DNA of 64,000 nt from Macrostomum lignano (GCA_002269645.1 NIVC01000037.1:310001-374000); one strand, 5' to 3'; shown: positions 11,603 through 25,680, numbered from the stretch's first letter. Notes: a model not told the origin generated them from the sequence alone. Made by a program: numbers and translations.

Positions 11603-13432
11603 CTGCTTCGATGTGATGCTCTTTGGACTAGACTTGAGACTAGATGGTAGCACAGATATAAAATTATATATGTTTATTGTTTTGACTAGAATATAGAAAT
11701 TATTTAGTATAGAGTTGGGCAGGCTGTGTAGGCCAGGAACCAAAAGTGCGCATGAATTAATAAAAATGTGAGAAATCTATATATAGGTCCCTCTCATATG
11801 TAGTAATATTGGCCATTCTATAACTGATGCAAATGAATGTTGCCAGTTCCAAAGCTTTTTTGAGGAGAGCTCTTAACTCCCTGGGGTTGGGGACTCATGC
11901 AATCAGAGATTTTTTATGCCTGATGTCTTTTGAGCTAGTTAAAAAAGCCCAAAGATGACTTGCTCTTATTGGCTGTTGTAGATTCAGCATTGTTTTATCA
12001 ATACCAATTAGTTCTGAGAGTGAACTGGTCAATTTAAGGGGCACTATAAAACCATACTTTTAAATAAATACTTTAAATGCTTTCTATTTAGGGAGAATGC
12101 CTGATATATTTGTGAAGGCTTTATTTTGTTGTCTTTTTGGTACTTTTAAAAAAAAAGAGATTCATAGCAAATATCATTGTCTGTGACAAGTTTACTTAAA
12201 AAGGTGATATATAAAACTGAAGGAATTTATTTGTTTAAAATGTTTGCTTTTTATTATTAGATTTGCATAAAAAATTCTGTTCCTTGCTTATTGGTTGCCA
12301 CAGAGAAGGGTATAACTAGACACCTAAATGAATGAGACATGTTCAACTATCCCTAGAAGTGGTTAGAACCATGTTCAACCATCCTTAGAACCTATTGGCC
12401 TAGTTGATACTAGCCTTGGTGTTGGTGGTACTTGCAATGGAAGAAGTAGCTTTTGTTGATCCCAACATTGACACCAGGCCTTCCAAGCTACAATAGATGG
12501 TCTTATAGGAATTGGCTACAGATATCATAGCAGAAATTCACTAATCCATGGTAGTCTAGATAACAATATTTTTATTGTTGCTAAGGTATCCTCTTGTTTG
12601 GCTTGCACTACTTATTAGTAGATAAATTTGGCATGCATAGACAGCGTAACAATATTAGTCAATAAGCAACTAATTTCTTGTTTCTACAGACATATAGGTA
12701 GCTACCCAGGATAGATAAGAAAACAATATTGATTGGTTAGCAGGTAATATATGGCTGGCTAATGTATCATTGTTTTGTTGGTGGCTATTATTGCACTTAG
12801 CTTAGGCATTGTCCATAATAAGAATTATACTTATTAATACTGCAAGGCATCTAGCTATGATTGCTTAAGAGATAGATCAAGACAAGAAACCAAGGTAATA
12901 AATCTCTCAAAAATCCCTTTTCTACCCTAGTCCCTTTTCAAAAACAAGGTGCAATTGCAGGTTTTGGCCATAGACATAGCCAATAGCCATCTTAAAGTAA
13001 TAGATATAGACATAAAATAGATTTATTGCCATATCTTATTAAACTTAGGATTAATTAAGTTTAAAAATTTATTTGCGATAACTATAAGGAAGTGCTTCTT
13101 TTTATAAAATAATTAAATATGCAAAACTAGAAAATTGTCTAAAATTGTAGTTTAATAAAATTTACTTCTTTAAAATAAAGGTTTTGGCCTTAGGCAAAAG
13201 TAATTCGTATGCAATAATAATAGGCAAAATATATAAAAAAGTTGAAAATTTGAAATTTGAAAAATATTAAATAGCATTTGAGATTTTTGCTTGAATTTAA
13301 TGATAATTAAAATTTGTTGTCCTAGGTTATAATAGGACCTAGCTTATTTACAAAGTAAATTATAAAAACTTATAGGAACCAAGTTATAGCAGGCCTAGTA
13401 TACTTGTTAGGCCTATTTTGACTTAGACTTAC
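11603..13432 (-). other. Predicted brat 5'UTR intron; CpG-void, TpA-rich block
   Basis: On the minus strand there is a donor GGGC|GTAAGT at 13432 and an acceptor AAGCAG|GC-ATG at 11603. Only about 4-5 CG dinucleotides were seen by eye in 1.8 kb. Confidence 0.65.
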
Positions 13433-14529
13433 GCCCCTATCACTAGTTCATACATTGACATTCTATATAATATTTTGTGGCAGACGAACCGGCAGTAGAC
13501 GAAATGACCGTCAACCAAATGAAGTAGATGAAGACACTCAGAGACAACACTCTGAGAGTCTGAGTGTCTTAATGTTAAATATTACATTTTTTATTAATAA
13601 CCTTTTACTTGTTCTGACGGCTCTTTTGTCGGCTTCCAGTTAGTAGTAGTAGTAGTAAGAATTTGGCTCAGACAATTAGCCTGTTTGGCCAATATAATAT
13701 AGGGCAATCAAATAAATGGAGAAATTTTCGAAATAGAAGTTTAATATATAAAGAGTTTAGTATTTGAAAGCGCGCCAGAATTTTTTACGGTATTTTTGGA
13801 CGAAAAGTGACGACTAACAACGAAAATACAAATTTCAAGTATTTAAAAAGAGAATTATAATATGAGTATGAATATGAGTATGGATGAGTATAAATATGCG
13901 TACAAAAATGAGTACGAATTACGAGGTATTGCTTTGATTACGATATTACGAGATAAGGTACGAATGAAGTTCAAACGAAAAATCGAAAAGAAAAAAAATG
14001 ATGTAGACTAGTTTTAAAATGATCGCGAATAAGAATATATAACGATATATAACCGTTAAATATCCAGTTAATTCGGCGACCACCAATTCGGCGACAAGTC
14101 AGTTCGGCGACAGCCAATTCGGTGAATGCTGAAGGTTAAAGAAAGTCTATATACGACACTCGTTGAAATTTAAAATATTGCCATTAAAGTACTTGCCATT
14201 CAAGTAAGGTTTGTTTTAATCATGCCGAATATGCACGTTTTCTAAGAGGTGCGTGTACGTCCCTTTAGAGTCTCGGACTTGGAGTTAGTGAATTTTTAGG
14301 TCCGTACGGCCTATATTTATTTTACGATTATTTGTCATAGCATTTACAATATATTTAAATCGACGATCAAACAATTGACGAGTGAAAAAGTTAATTAAAA
14401 GTTTAAAATTTTAAAAGTTAAAACTAAGTTGGACTAGGCCATACAGTAGGATAAAATAGAAGGTATAAGTATAGTTGAAAAAAATCAACAACTTATAAAA
14501 ATTGTAGTGAGTCGCTAGTTTAGTTAGGC

Positions 14530-16647
14530 GCCGCACTAGTCAGCTGTTTCCCTCGCCCTCGCCCTCGCCCCAGGCTTCTGGCTGCCGCTGGGCAGTTGCC
14601 TGTCCCTTCTCGCCTGTCCTCATGGCTTGTCCTTTGTCCGTTTGCTGGTCTGTCTGTCTGTCCTTGTTTGCCCCTTTCGTCTCGTGCTCCCGTTTTGCAG
14701 TGCCCAGACAGCTACGTCTGGCCTGCCTCTGTTTCATTCTCAGCTGTTTGGCATCTCCAAATTTGGAGTGCCGTCCCTGTTTTCCGGTCCCAAGGTCACG
14801 AGTTGCCTTCACTTGTGGGCCTTTTCCCCTTGTCATGTGAGCCAGTCACGTGACAGGGCCTTCTTTTCCTTCCTTAGTCCAAAGTGAAATGATTTCATCA
14901 TTGTACTCTGGGCTCGTGTTTATGGGGACATCACGTGCGCCAGGACCCCTGCCTCCTCTGAGGCAGAACCCGCTCGCTTGTTGCTAAAAATAGCAACAGA
15001 GTAACTCATGACTCTCAGCGGGGGGCTTTCGTGATGGTGCAATCGATGCGGGTCCACCCCAACTGCCAGCCGGAAAAATGCCAGCCGACAATTGCCAGCC
15101 GAGAAAACTGCCAGTCGGAAAACTGCCAGCCGACAACTGCCAGTCGACAATTGCCAGTCGACAATTGCCAGCCGAGAAAACTGCCAGCGAGAAAAACGCA
15201 AGATGTACGCCAGACAAAGCGTTTGTACGCCGGCATACGTATACTACACCTTCCGCAATATGGCATTCAGGATCTAGCTAGAAAGTGTAGACAGCTTTGT
15301 TTACTATTTATTAAATCAGTTAATTATTCAGCAAAACAGGTTACCATTGCATTGTTACAGAAATCAGTTAGCCTAGCTACAAGTTGTTTTGTTTTATCGC
15401 CAACAAAAGTTTGTAAGCTTGTGTGGCATGTGCGCGAATCAGAGCTGGCAACTTTCGGCTCCTGCACAAACATCTTGGTTCAAATTTCGTATTTTAGGTA
15501 GCCTTTGCTCTTTCTTTGAAAGCTTTATTTAAGTTAAGTAATTTAATAGACTTTTCTAGGATTGCGTCATATAGCAATCGCAATCGCAAATTAAATAATA
15601 AAGTAAATGAACTTTCAATACAAAAATATTTACAATAGGCATTACAGAATGCCTTCTCCATCACATATATACTTCTAATGGAAATCTGCAAAAATTAGGG
15701 AAGGGAAGGGCGACATTTAATGCTACCCCACAAGCCTTTTGCTAGCCAAACAGTTTCGTGCTTTTTACTTAGCTAATAAGTAGGCTACAGTAGATTCAAT
15801 TAGCTAGAACTTGTCGGCTGGCAGTTGTCGGCTGGCAGTTGTCGCGGCTGGCAGTTGTCGGCTGGCAATTGTCGGCTGGCAGTTTTCCGGCTGGCAGTTG
15901 TCGGCTGGCAGTTGTCGGCTGGCAATTGTCGGCTGGCAGTTTTCCGGCTGGCAGTTGTCGGCTGGCAATTGTCGGCTGGCAGTTTTCTCGGCTGGCAATT
16001 GTCGGCTGGCAGTTTTCCGGCTGGCAGTTGTCGGCTGGCAGTTTTCCGGCTGGCAGTTGGGGTGCTCCCAATCGATGCTCCCTATAAATGTGGCCCCTCT
16101 CAGGGCTCGGTTCAGTCAACCCCTGTCGCGTTCCCGTTTTCTGCCTCTCTCAGTCAGAGTCTCTAAGTTTGTGTGCCAAGTTTCCGCTTAAGTTTGAACT
16201 CCTAAGTCTCCCGACTTTGCGCGTGCCGTGCTTCTGATTGCTCCCCTGCTATCAATTTAGCAGGCCAGCTTAGATCGCCCGATGCTAGCACCATCGCTCT
16301 AACCCCGCACTAGTCCGGCAGGGACTGCTGACTGTGGACACCTCTGCTTAAGAACTGCTAAATCTGCACGAAGTGCGAGTCTATCTCTATCGTCTTAGTT
16401 ATTTGCTTCTACGAGCTCGGCATCTCACCGAAGGCTGCGACTCTGCGAAGCTGGTGGCAGCACTACCTACGCTACGAGAACTAGTTTCTAAGAAACCGCA
16501 CGCTAGACGCCTCCGCCAGGAGCTGGAAGATCTGTCAGCCCTTCCGAGACAGCCCAAGGAAGCCGCAGACACGACATTGGCGGCAGCGGTCTAGTCAAGA
16601 ACCACAGGCAAGAAACCGGTACTTCACTGGTGGCAGCGGTGGGATTC
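14530..16647 (+). mobile_element. Truncated LTR-retrotransposon 5' end (LTR plus tRNA-Leu-like PBS), interrupted by a MITE
   Basis: TGGTGGCAGCGGTGGGATTC (16628-16647) is complementary to the 3' end of tRNA-Leu and follows ...TTCA. A TATAAAT is at ~16083. The LTR 5' boundary is uncertain, and no gag or pol follows. Confidence 0.55.
15050..16069. mobile_element. Non-autonomous Mutator-like MITE with repeat-rich long TIRs
   Basis: Termini GGGTCCACCCCAACTGCCAGCCGGAAAA and TTTTCCGGCTGGCAGTTGGGGTGCTCCC, with arrays of GTTGTCGGCTGGCA in inverted orientation. Perfect 9-bp TSD AATCGATGC at 15041-15049 and 16070-16078. Confidence 0.88.
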
Positions 16648-16845
16648 AGAGACCTACCAGGACATCTCCAGACCAACTAAAAACCAGAGAAATACTTTAA
16701 AATCATTTGGGGCCATTCAGCAGGCTGCACGCGTCTAGCAAGCCTTCGGCGGTCCGCGCTCCTGACGTGTATTCGCCCCAGAAGCGCTATGGTACTGCTG
16801 TTCCATTCGAAGGTAATTCGGTCTTCGTTGCCTTCGCTGAGCGCC

Positions 16846-17550
16846 TTAAGCCACAAGTCGCGATTCGATCGCGACTATCTGGGCCTCTTCGTGCAACAGC
16901 CGCACCAGCAGATAAAATTGAAGTCGACCGCGCTGTGCTCTGGCATTCAGCTTCCAGTGCCACCCTTCGGTGTCATTAGTGCGCACGTCCTTGAAAACAC
17001 TGAGTTCCCGGATGCTCCAGATCGTGCTTCGCAGCCATGTAGCCTGCACAAAGTCGCAAAAAAGTTGCAGAGGCTCCAGCTGAACTACAGTTCGTAGTAG
17101 CCGAAAAAACTGCTGACTAATTTCTTCATGTGGAAGAAACGGCAGCGACATTAATTTGCGGCACACGGACTGTACTTCGAAGTCAGATACGTACAAATTT
17201 TGCAGTCCAGAGCTTTGAATGTGGCGATAGATGGCCTGTGAAACGCATGTGTTTGAAGGCACAAGTAAATTTAAGCAAACAAAACTTATAGTACAATATC
17301 TAACCCATTCAAGGTCCAATTTCACCGTCTTACACACCTGCGTAGATGTAATAGTGAAAAACACAGCCTTTAAGTTGAGCATCTGGAAACTGCTGCCTGC
17401 TGACAGCTCGCCAGGCTGCGGCCTCGAAATCCATGACAACAGCTGTAGGTTGTGCATGTGGCAAATGCAAATACTTACCGGAATTACATTCTGTATGTTG
17501 CCAATTGTGGCATACATCACAGTCAATGTAGCGGCAGCGTCATTGGTGAC
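16846..17550 (-). pseudogene. MULE (Mutator-like) transposase remnant with a 102-bp intron (17337-17236)
   Basis: Motifs VVMDFEAAAWRAV..FPDAQLKGCVFHY (17440-17351), then QAIYRHIQ..GL..LY..RKLMSLPFLP..TW..RTND.EGWH.KLN..FYLL. A GT-AG intron separates TQ and AIYRH. Frameshifted, and cut at 17553 by the LINE. Confidence 0.85.
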
Positions 17551-20500
17551 TATTGAGCTGCTGCCCGAGCAGAGCTGGGACGTCAACTTAGCCTTCTGCA
17601 GAGAGGACGAGCGCCCCCGGACCAAGAGGCATCGAATCTGGGTTCCGGCCAGGAGCGTCGTTACCTCTGCTGACGAGCTCCGGAAAGGACTGCTAGCAGT
17701 CAACCGGGAGCTTCCCGCCGCGGGCCTAGTGGTGCATGACACCCTTAAGCGCACCGACAGCACTGGCTTCACAGCCATCCTGGGGCTGTCGGACGCCTGG
17801 ATGAGGCGTTATCCACACGGCAGCTTCATCAACGTCGGCCTTTGGAAGCTGCGCATCCGCTCCTACGAGGCCGACCCTCCCCGTGGCAGTGAGCAGGGCG
17901 GGGGGGATACGGAGGCGACCGGGGCAGGCGCGAGCTTTTGCCCAGGCTGCCAAAGCACGGCCGCGCGGGTAAAGCTGAGCGCGCTGCTGAGGGCGGAGGC
18001 GACCGACGCCCGGCGCGCAGCACCAAGCGGCGCGGCCTGTACCAGCGCGCAGCTGAGGCGGTCCGCACCGCTAAAGTCACCCAGCTGAGGAGAGAGGTCG
18101 CCGGGACGCCTAGGCGCACCAGTTCGTCCAGGGAGGGTGGGGACGTCCCAGCTGGGCCCAACCCATCGGGGCAGGGCCAACTGGCGACGGACCCGCCTGC
18201 CCAGGCGGCTGGCTGCTCCAGGGCATTGGGCCAGTCTGAAGCGGAGGACCCCGTGGCCGGTGGGCGAAGGGCGGCGAACGCTGCCTATTGCCTTCCGACC
18301 AATCGGGGGCCTTTTGCTGAAGAGGAGCCCATGGACACCGGCGACCCCGACCCGAAGCTGGTGAGCGCCGAGGAGGAGGAGGAACTCCTGGCGTCTGCAA
18401 CACCCGATCTGCAATGATGCCAGCGGCTACCTGGTGTCTGCAGATCAACACCCAGCACTGCGTGGCGGTGTCAGTCAACCTGATGCGCACGACAGAGCAA
18501 CAGCTTCCGGGCCTGGTCTTCGTGCAGGAGCCCTGGATGACTAAAGGTAAGCCAAATAATGTGCCATCTGGCTACCACTGTTTTTGCATGGCGGACTCTC
18601 AGCCTCGCCCAAGATCTCTGGTCTTCGCTGCAAAAGCTTTTGAGGCATGGATGAGACCTGATCTCTCGACTGGGGACATCTGTGTTGTTCAAATCAAAAA
18701 CCTCATTCCCAATAAACCTGTGCTGGTAGCATCTGCCTATTTCCCAGGCGATGCCCCAGTAGTCTGCGACGCACTAGTCAACCTCATTGACTACGCCGAG
18801 TCCCGTCGGTTTGAGCTGCTCATTGCAGGGGATGTGAACGCACACCACCTGCATGGGGCAGCAGGAACACCAATAACAGAGGCGAGGAGCTGCTGGCATA
18901 TGTCAGCAGCACTGACCTCAACTTCCGTAACGTGGGCAATGCACCAACGTTCAATAATGGGCGGTGAGCCGAAGTCATCGACACCACCATCGCCTCACCC
19001 GGACTGCTTTCCGCAGTTACGGGCTGGCGAGTGTGGGACGAGGACTCGCTCTCGGACCACCGCTTTATCCGCTTTTGCATTGGGCTGACCAAACAAAAGC
19101 CTAAGGTCACTTGGTGTCGGAACGTCAGAAATTCCGATTGGGCCGCCTTTGGCTCGAAGCTGAGCCGAGGCCTTCGGGATCTTGACCCCCCCCCAGTGAC
19201 CTATCTGACTGCCAGGTGGTGGATGATCTTGCCTCCTCCCTGGGCGGGGCGATCACCACTGACTTTGAAGCAGCATGCCCTCTAGAAGCCTACAAAGGCA
19301 AGAAATCTGCTCCCTGGTGGAACCCAGAGCTCGGGTCCCTTCGGCGCCGAACCAGGACCCTCCAAAGGCGAGCGCTCAAAACCAAAGACCCATCTGATAG
19401 AGAGGCCTATACCCGTGCGATCCACGAGTTTAAGGGCCAAGTTAAAAGGGCCAAGACGGCCAAGTGGCGCCAATATTGCGAAGGGCTGGAGGGCTCCCGC
19501 CCCGTAGCCCGCGTGGTTAAGGCACTCACCAATGACCGTTTTTCTAAACTCTCTGTTGTGAAGAGACCTGATGGCTCGGTCACAGAGAGATCTGAAGAGA
19601 CTCTAGAGCTAATACTCAACAGTTTCTTCCCTAAATCTCCGACTCAGCAGGGCCAAGGCGAAAGCAGGGCCCCCTGCTCTCAGGCGAAAGCAGGGCCCGC
19701 CTGACCAAACCATGGGAGGGCAAGACCTAGCAAAGTCTATGATCACCAAAGACCGCATTATTAGAGCGGCAAGGTCCTTTAACCCGTTCAAGGCCCGATA
19801 GCATCTACCCAGCGTTCTTGCACGAGGCGGTAAAATACCACCGCTTCCTGGACCTCCTCTGTCGTCTCCTCCGAGCTTGTGTGGAGCTGGGCTATGTACC
19901 AGTTGCGTGGAGAGAGGCCTTGGGTGGTCTTTATCCCCAAGCCTGGAAAGAGCGACTACCAATCGGTGAAGGCCTTCAGGCCTATCAGCCTCACCTCCTT
20001 CTGCCTTAAGCTCCTCGAGAGACTGGTGCTTTGGCGCCTACTTTCGGTCGAGCTGAAGCGCTTCCCACTCTCGCAGAACCAGCACGCTTTCCGCGCGGGC
20101 AGGTCTACCGAGAGTGCCCTCCATGTCATTGTTGACTTCCTGGAGAGGGCCGTTCTTGGCAGCGGTTTTGCCCTCTCGCTTTTCCTGGACATTGAGGGGG
20201 CCTTCGACAACGTCATCTTCGAGGCCTTTTGCAGAGCCCTGGAATCCAGGGCCACGCACCCTCGCCTTGTCCGGTGGATCATGTTCATGATCCGGAACCG
20301 CACTGTTGTGGCCCACCTGAACGGCAGCTCTCTTTCGGCGCCTGTCCAGAAAGGGGGCCCCCAGGGCGGAGTTCTCACCCCCGTTCTCTGGAACATGGTC
20401 ATGGATGAGCTGCTTTGCAGTGATCTCCACGACCCCATTCTCAAGGTGGGCTATGGCGACGATGTGACCGCGATATGTGCGGGCCCCTCGGTTGATACCA

Positions 20501-21388
20501 TCAGAGATCTTCTGCAGGGCTTTCTGGGACGAGCGGAGCGTTGGGCAAACCAATGTGGCCTTAGACTCTCAGAGTCGAAAACCACAGCGGTCATGTTTAC
20601 CAACAAACTGCTCTGTACCATTAGGCGCCTCACCCTCTATGGAAAGGATATTTCCATGGAGAAGCAGGTCCGCTGCCTGGGCCTCACTCTGGACCACAGG
20701 CTTAACTGGACTCCGCACATCAAACTAAAGCTAAAAAAGCCCTGGCTGTCCTGGCTCAGATCAGGCGCGCCGTAGGCACCACCTGGGGGCTCACCCCCAG
20801 GAAGCTGTGGTGGATTTACACTGCCATCATCCGCCCCTCGGTCAGTTACGCCAGCCTCGTGTGGGCCAGCGGCCTGAGCGTCAAAAGCAACCTCGACGCT
20901 CTTTTACAAAATCCAGGGCAGAACTTGCCGCATGACTCTGGGCGCTCCACCCTCTACTCCTTTTGAAGGCAAGAATGCCTTCCTCTGTGCCCCTCCTCTG
21001 GATATTTATATCAAAGGAGGTGGCGAAGAGCACCCGGCGTCTTCTAGATGCTGGGGTGGCCTTCAAGAAAGTGCGGGCCTTTAAGAAGCAGTCGCTTTTC
21101 CCGCACTCTGACCTCTGCCTCAAGGCTCTCGAGGAGTGTGGCGGGCTCAACATCCTCACGGACTCGATCCCAGCCACCCTTCTCCTAAGCCAAAGGTATA
21201 AGGTCACTATTCAGCCTCGACACGAGGCGAGTGACAGCTGGAGCGATTCTGAATTCCACTGTTACACTGACGGCTCTATGAGGCATTGTCTTTCAGGCTT
21301 CGGAGCTTGCGTCTTCTTCAAGGGAGAAGTGGTGTGGAGCTACTCCCAGCACACTGGGCTCAACTCAAGTGTTTTTCAGAGCGAGGTG

Positions 21389-24300
21389 TGCTCCCCCAAA
21401 AGTAGAAAAACAAAATACAAAAAAAACCAAAACCAATCCTTAGACCTTATAACAAACAGGTTTACGAGGCCGCAAATCATACGAGCTGTGGGGCTGGAAA
21501 GTCTCATCTCCAGAACTCAGCCGGGAGTCACAGTCAGTCACCTCAGGTTCACGCAGCTCCGAGTCAGAGCCAGCCTTGGCACCCAGATGAATCGATAGCC
21601 CAGCCTGATCCTCGGATCCAGCCGCCTCGGTCAGCCGCCGATCGGCCTCCGCCTCCAGGCGGCAGCTCCATTGGTTTGCGTGCGCCATCCGCAGTCCACC
21701 ATCTGGTAGGTCAGCTGAGGTCACCAGAGCTGTGTTCCGGCCGTGCTGCACGATGAACTTGGCCGGAACCGGAGCCGTGCCAGGCCGAGCCCTCAGCCAG
21801 ATGGAATCACCCACCTGCTCGGTAATCGTCAGCGGATGGCGCAGCCGGCGTCCCCACATGAGAATGTCCGGCGAACTGGAACGATTCCCGCTAGGCCTGC
21901 TGGTGCGAATGGTTAGAAGCAAATTCTGCAGGAACTGGTCAAATGGGACCACTTTCGTCCACGTCTTCAGCCCGCCTTTGAGACTCCTCACCAACCGCTC
22001 AGCCTGCCCGTTCGATGCCGGATGGTACGGTGGGGTGTGCATCTCCTGGTAGCCGACACTGTTCAGCCACTGCGAGACTCTTTCCGACCTGAACTCAGGC
22101 GCATTATCCGACACTAGCGTCCGAAGCACTCCATTTCTGGCGAACACCGCTCTCAGCACTCTCAGCACACTGCCCGCAGACCTGTCTGGGACCTGGACAG
22201 CTTCTGGCCAACCCGAGTATGCATCAGACAGCAACAGTAGCAAGCCCACTCCTGGCACCTCACAGTGGTCCATGTGGACCCAGGACCACGGCTCGCTCTC
22301 GGATGGCCAGATGTCAATTTTCCGCTGAACCACCGGCCGTCTTTCAGCGCACAGCTGACACCGCTCAACAAACTGACGGACATCGCGAACCAGTCCAGGC
22401 CACCAGAACTCCTTAGACACATGGGCCTTCGTATTTTCCGCGCTCGGGTGCACCTCATCATGCGCGGTCTCCAAAATGCGCCGCCGGAGAATGATCGGAG
22501 GCACCACCCTGGTACCGTGGATGACCAGCCCGTTTTCCACAGACAACGCTTCCCGACACGCTTTGTACGGCCGCTCCAGCTGAGAGACCTGACCCCACCG
22601 GCCTGTCCTGATTCTCTGCTGGAGTCTTTAAAGCAGTGAACACCGGGAAGTACTTTCTCTCAGCTCCTCCACGGTAACCAAGCCTCCGTCAGTGATCAAC
22701 TCAGTCTGGTGAACCGACTCCGTCTCAGGATCGAGGTTTTCAAAGCTCAGCCTTGATAGAGCGTCAGCATCCTGCATCTTCTTTCCCGGCACATATTCAA
22801 TCTCGTAATCATAAGCCGATAGCCGCAGAGCCCACCGGGTTAGTCTGGCAGAAACAGTCTTTGGAAGATTCATTGCAAGGATTCAGAATAAACTTCAAAG
22901 GCTCGTGATCGGTCTGCAGAATGAATTTCTTCCATAGCAACATTTTCCGAGCTCGTTCAACCGTCCAAACAATAGCCAGCGCTTCTCTCTCGATGTTTGA
23001 GTAGTTGGTTTCTGCCTGTGTGAGCGCCCTGGACATGAACATGACGGGATGTCCAGACTGGACCAGCACCGCGCCCAAGGACTCTCGCTCGCATCAACTC
23101 GAAGACAGACAGGCGCGGAAACATCCAACGGCTTGATGCACGGGTTTGAGGCCAGACTCCTTTTGACCTCCGAAAATGCCGCCTCAGCCACCGCGTTCCA
23201 TTCAAAGACCCGGTCACCGCGGCGAAGCTCCTGAAGAGGCCGACATTTCTCAGAAAAGTTTGGAACCAGCCGTCCATAAAATTGAGCCAGTCCTAGAAAT
23301 CTCTCCAAATTTTTCTTGGTCTTCGGCACCTTGACATCCATCACACGTTTCACCATGCCCGGATCGGGTTTTATTCCTTCATCATCAATAATGTGACCAA
23401 GAAACTTCAGGCTGTTGGCCTCCATCACGCACTTCGCTTCGTTGATCTTGACATTTGCGGCCTTTAACTTGTTGAGCACCTGCTCCCTAATTTTCTGCAA
23501 CTCTGCCCGGCTCGCAGCACCGATCAGCACATCGTCCTGATATACTATGACACATGGATGGTCTCCCAGGAGCTTTTCCATCACACGTTGAAAAACAGAT
23601 GGCGACACCTTAATGCCATACGGCAACCGGTTAAACCTGTAGCAACCAAACGGAGTGTTTATGGTGGTCACCGCTTTCGATTCCTCATCCAGGGGAACCT
23701 GATAGTACGCATCCGATAGGTCTAACCGACAGAACAGCTTCTTGTTGGCCATTTTCGAAAAGGCTGTCTCAATCGAGGGAGTGAGGTTCGGTCTGGTCTT
23801 GAACCAACCGATTAACAGCCGAATAATCTCCACAAATTCTCACGGATGCCCGATCTGACTTCACCGTCACCACAATTGGACTGCCCCTTTCCGACGACAT
23901 CACCTTCTCAACGATTCCAGCACTTTCCATCAAGTCCAGCTCCTTCTTAACCAAGTGCTTCAGCGCTAAGGGCAGTTCTCTGGCTGCCTGGAAAATTGGC
24001 TTAGCTCCAGCACAAAGACGGATCTCTCCCGTAGCACCAGATATTCCCAACAAGCTCTCATACCTGTTGCTGGCGGCTGACTCATCAGAACTGGCATGGT
24101 GCACCGGTGCGAGGACCAGCAGATTCCGGCCGAGCAGCCTAAACTCCTGTTGGCAATCGATGACGGGCAGCTCTGCCGCCTTGAAGCGGCCGTTGTTGCC
24201 AGTGGTCTCCACCAGGCATTCCAGAACGCCCATCTGTCTCATAACGTGTCCGTCATACGCCAGCATGCGCGACTTCGCCGACTTCAGCGGGGGCCTTCCG

Positions 24301-25599
24301 AGCTCATTCCAGATCCTTCGTGAGATTAACGAGCAGGAGGCACCGCTGTCCTTCTCCATCAGCACTTCTCTGTGATTGATTTTCACAGTGCAGAACTCGG
24401 CAGGCTTTCCTTCTCCACAGTAGAATACGGGCTCATCACAATAGGAGTCTTCTGGACTCAGCTGAGTGCGGACTGCTTCAGCTGGGGCAGCGAAGTGGGT
24501 CCTGGCACCGCGGCACACACGGGCAAAGTGGCCAGGCTTTCCACATTGATTGCAGGTGGCTCTCAGGGCTCGGCAGTCAGCGGGCTTCTGGTGCGATCTC
24601 AACCCGCAACGCTGACAGCGCTGGTGTCCGAAGTTCTGCTTCTGCCTCATAACCGAATTAACGTTGGCAGAGCCGGAGCTATCCGGATGGCAGTGAGCTT
24701 CATTAGCCGTAGTCAGACCCGCGGTTGACAGCGACCTAGCCTGGTGCACCACCGAATCCACGAGAGTCGAGTGAGCAGCAGCCAGGGACCCAGCTGAAAA
24801 GTTGCTGACCATCAGCAGCTGCTGAACATATTCTGTGACCTGATCGACCGTCAGTTCTTGAGTCACTTCACGTTCGAGCACCTTGTTCCTGATGATGTCA
24901 GTTGGCCAGACCGGCAATGAGCCGCATCTTGATGAGCGCTTCGGCGGGGTCCGCTCCTTCCTTTTTCAGGCTCTCGAACTCGCATACGACGGCTTGCTCC
25001 CTGAGACGAGCGGCATAGCTGGTGACGGTTTCGCCTTCGGCCTGGCGCATAGACATGAAGGCTGTCCTCTTAGCGATCTGCAGTTTCTTCTTGGGCTCCA
25101 CAAACGTCAGTAGGCATTGCTTGATTTCAGACCATTTCATCTCAGACGGGGTTTTTGGAGCAACCAGCTGCTTGACTTTTATGAGCTCAGCGACCCCGAG
25201 GCAGCCCATGAAAGCGTCGGTCAACGCTCGTCTCTCGTCGGTATCTTCGACTCCTTTGGATCTGGCCTGGGCGTCAAATACTTCAACCCAGGCGCGAAGC
25301 TCATCTATGTTGCTCAACGGCAGCGTCTCTTTCAATTTGGTGCTCATTATCCTGCTTGCGACGCCAAAATGTTAGTCTAGGAAAACTGAGTCAAGTCATG
25401 TTTGCAAGCGAAGGAGAATACCATTGAAAGATCTCTACCGAAGTGACGAAAGTATTTATTTGACTACATAACACGAATCCACGTACATTAGTAGACAAAC
25501 GCCATCCGATTGGCTGGGGGTTAAAACCATGCACACTGGCAAGCACAAATGTACACAGGTAGGGGTAAAACGATAGCGCGCAAGAATGATCAGTCACGG

Positions 25600-25644
<45 letters not shown>

Positions 25645-25680
25645 TGAAACAACATGAAAAACCAAAGTACAACCCCAACA
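21389..25680 (-). mobile_element. Ty3/Gypsy LTR retrotransposon (Mag-like gag-pol) with a single LTR, inserted in the LINE RNase H
   Basis: gag from 25347 with two CCHC-type knuckles (CQRC..H..C, CNQCGKPGHFARVC), protease DSGASCSLI, RT LDLSDAYYQ..YQDD, RNase H VDAS..YSNIEREALAI..TDH, and integrase H..H..WWPGL..C..C, D..D(NAPEF)..E. 5-bp TSD AGGTG at 21384-21388 and 25681-25685. Frameshifts are present. Confidence 0.95.
25370..25680 (-). repeat. 5' LTR (311 bp) of the Gypsy element; tRNA-Ser-like PBS at 25350-25366
   Basis: On the element strand the LTR reads TGTTGGGG...CTAACA and contains a (CT)n tract. It is followed after TTT by TGGCGTCGCAAGCAGGA, complementary to a tRNA-Ser-like 3' end, just before the gag ATG. 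Confidence 0.85.
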
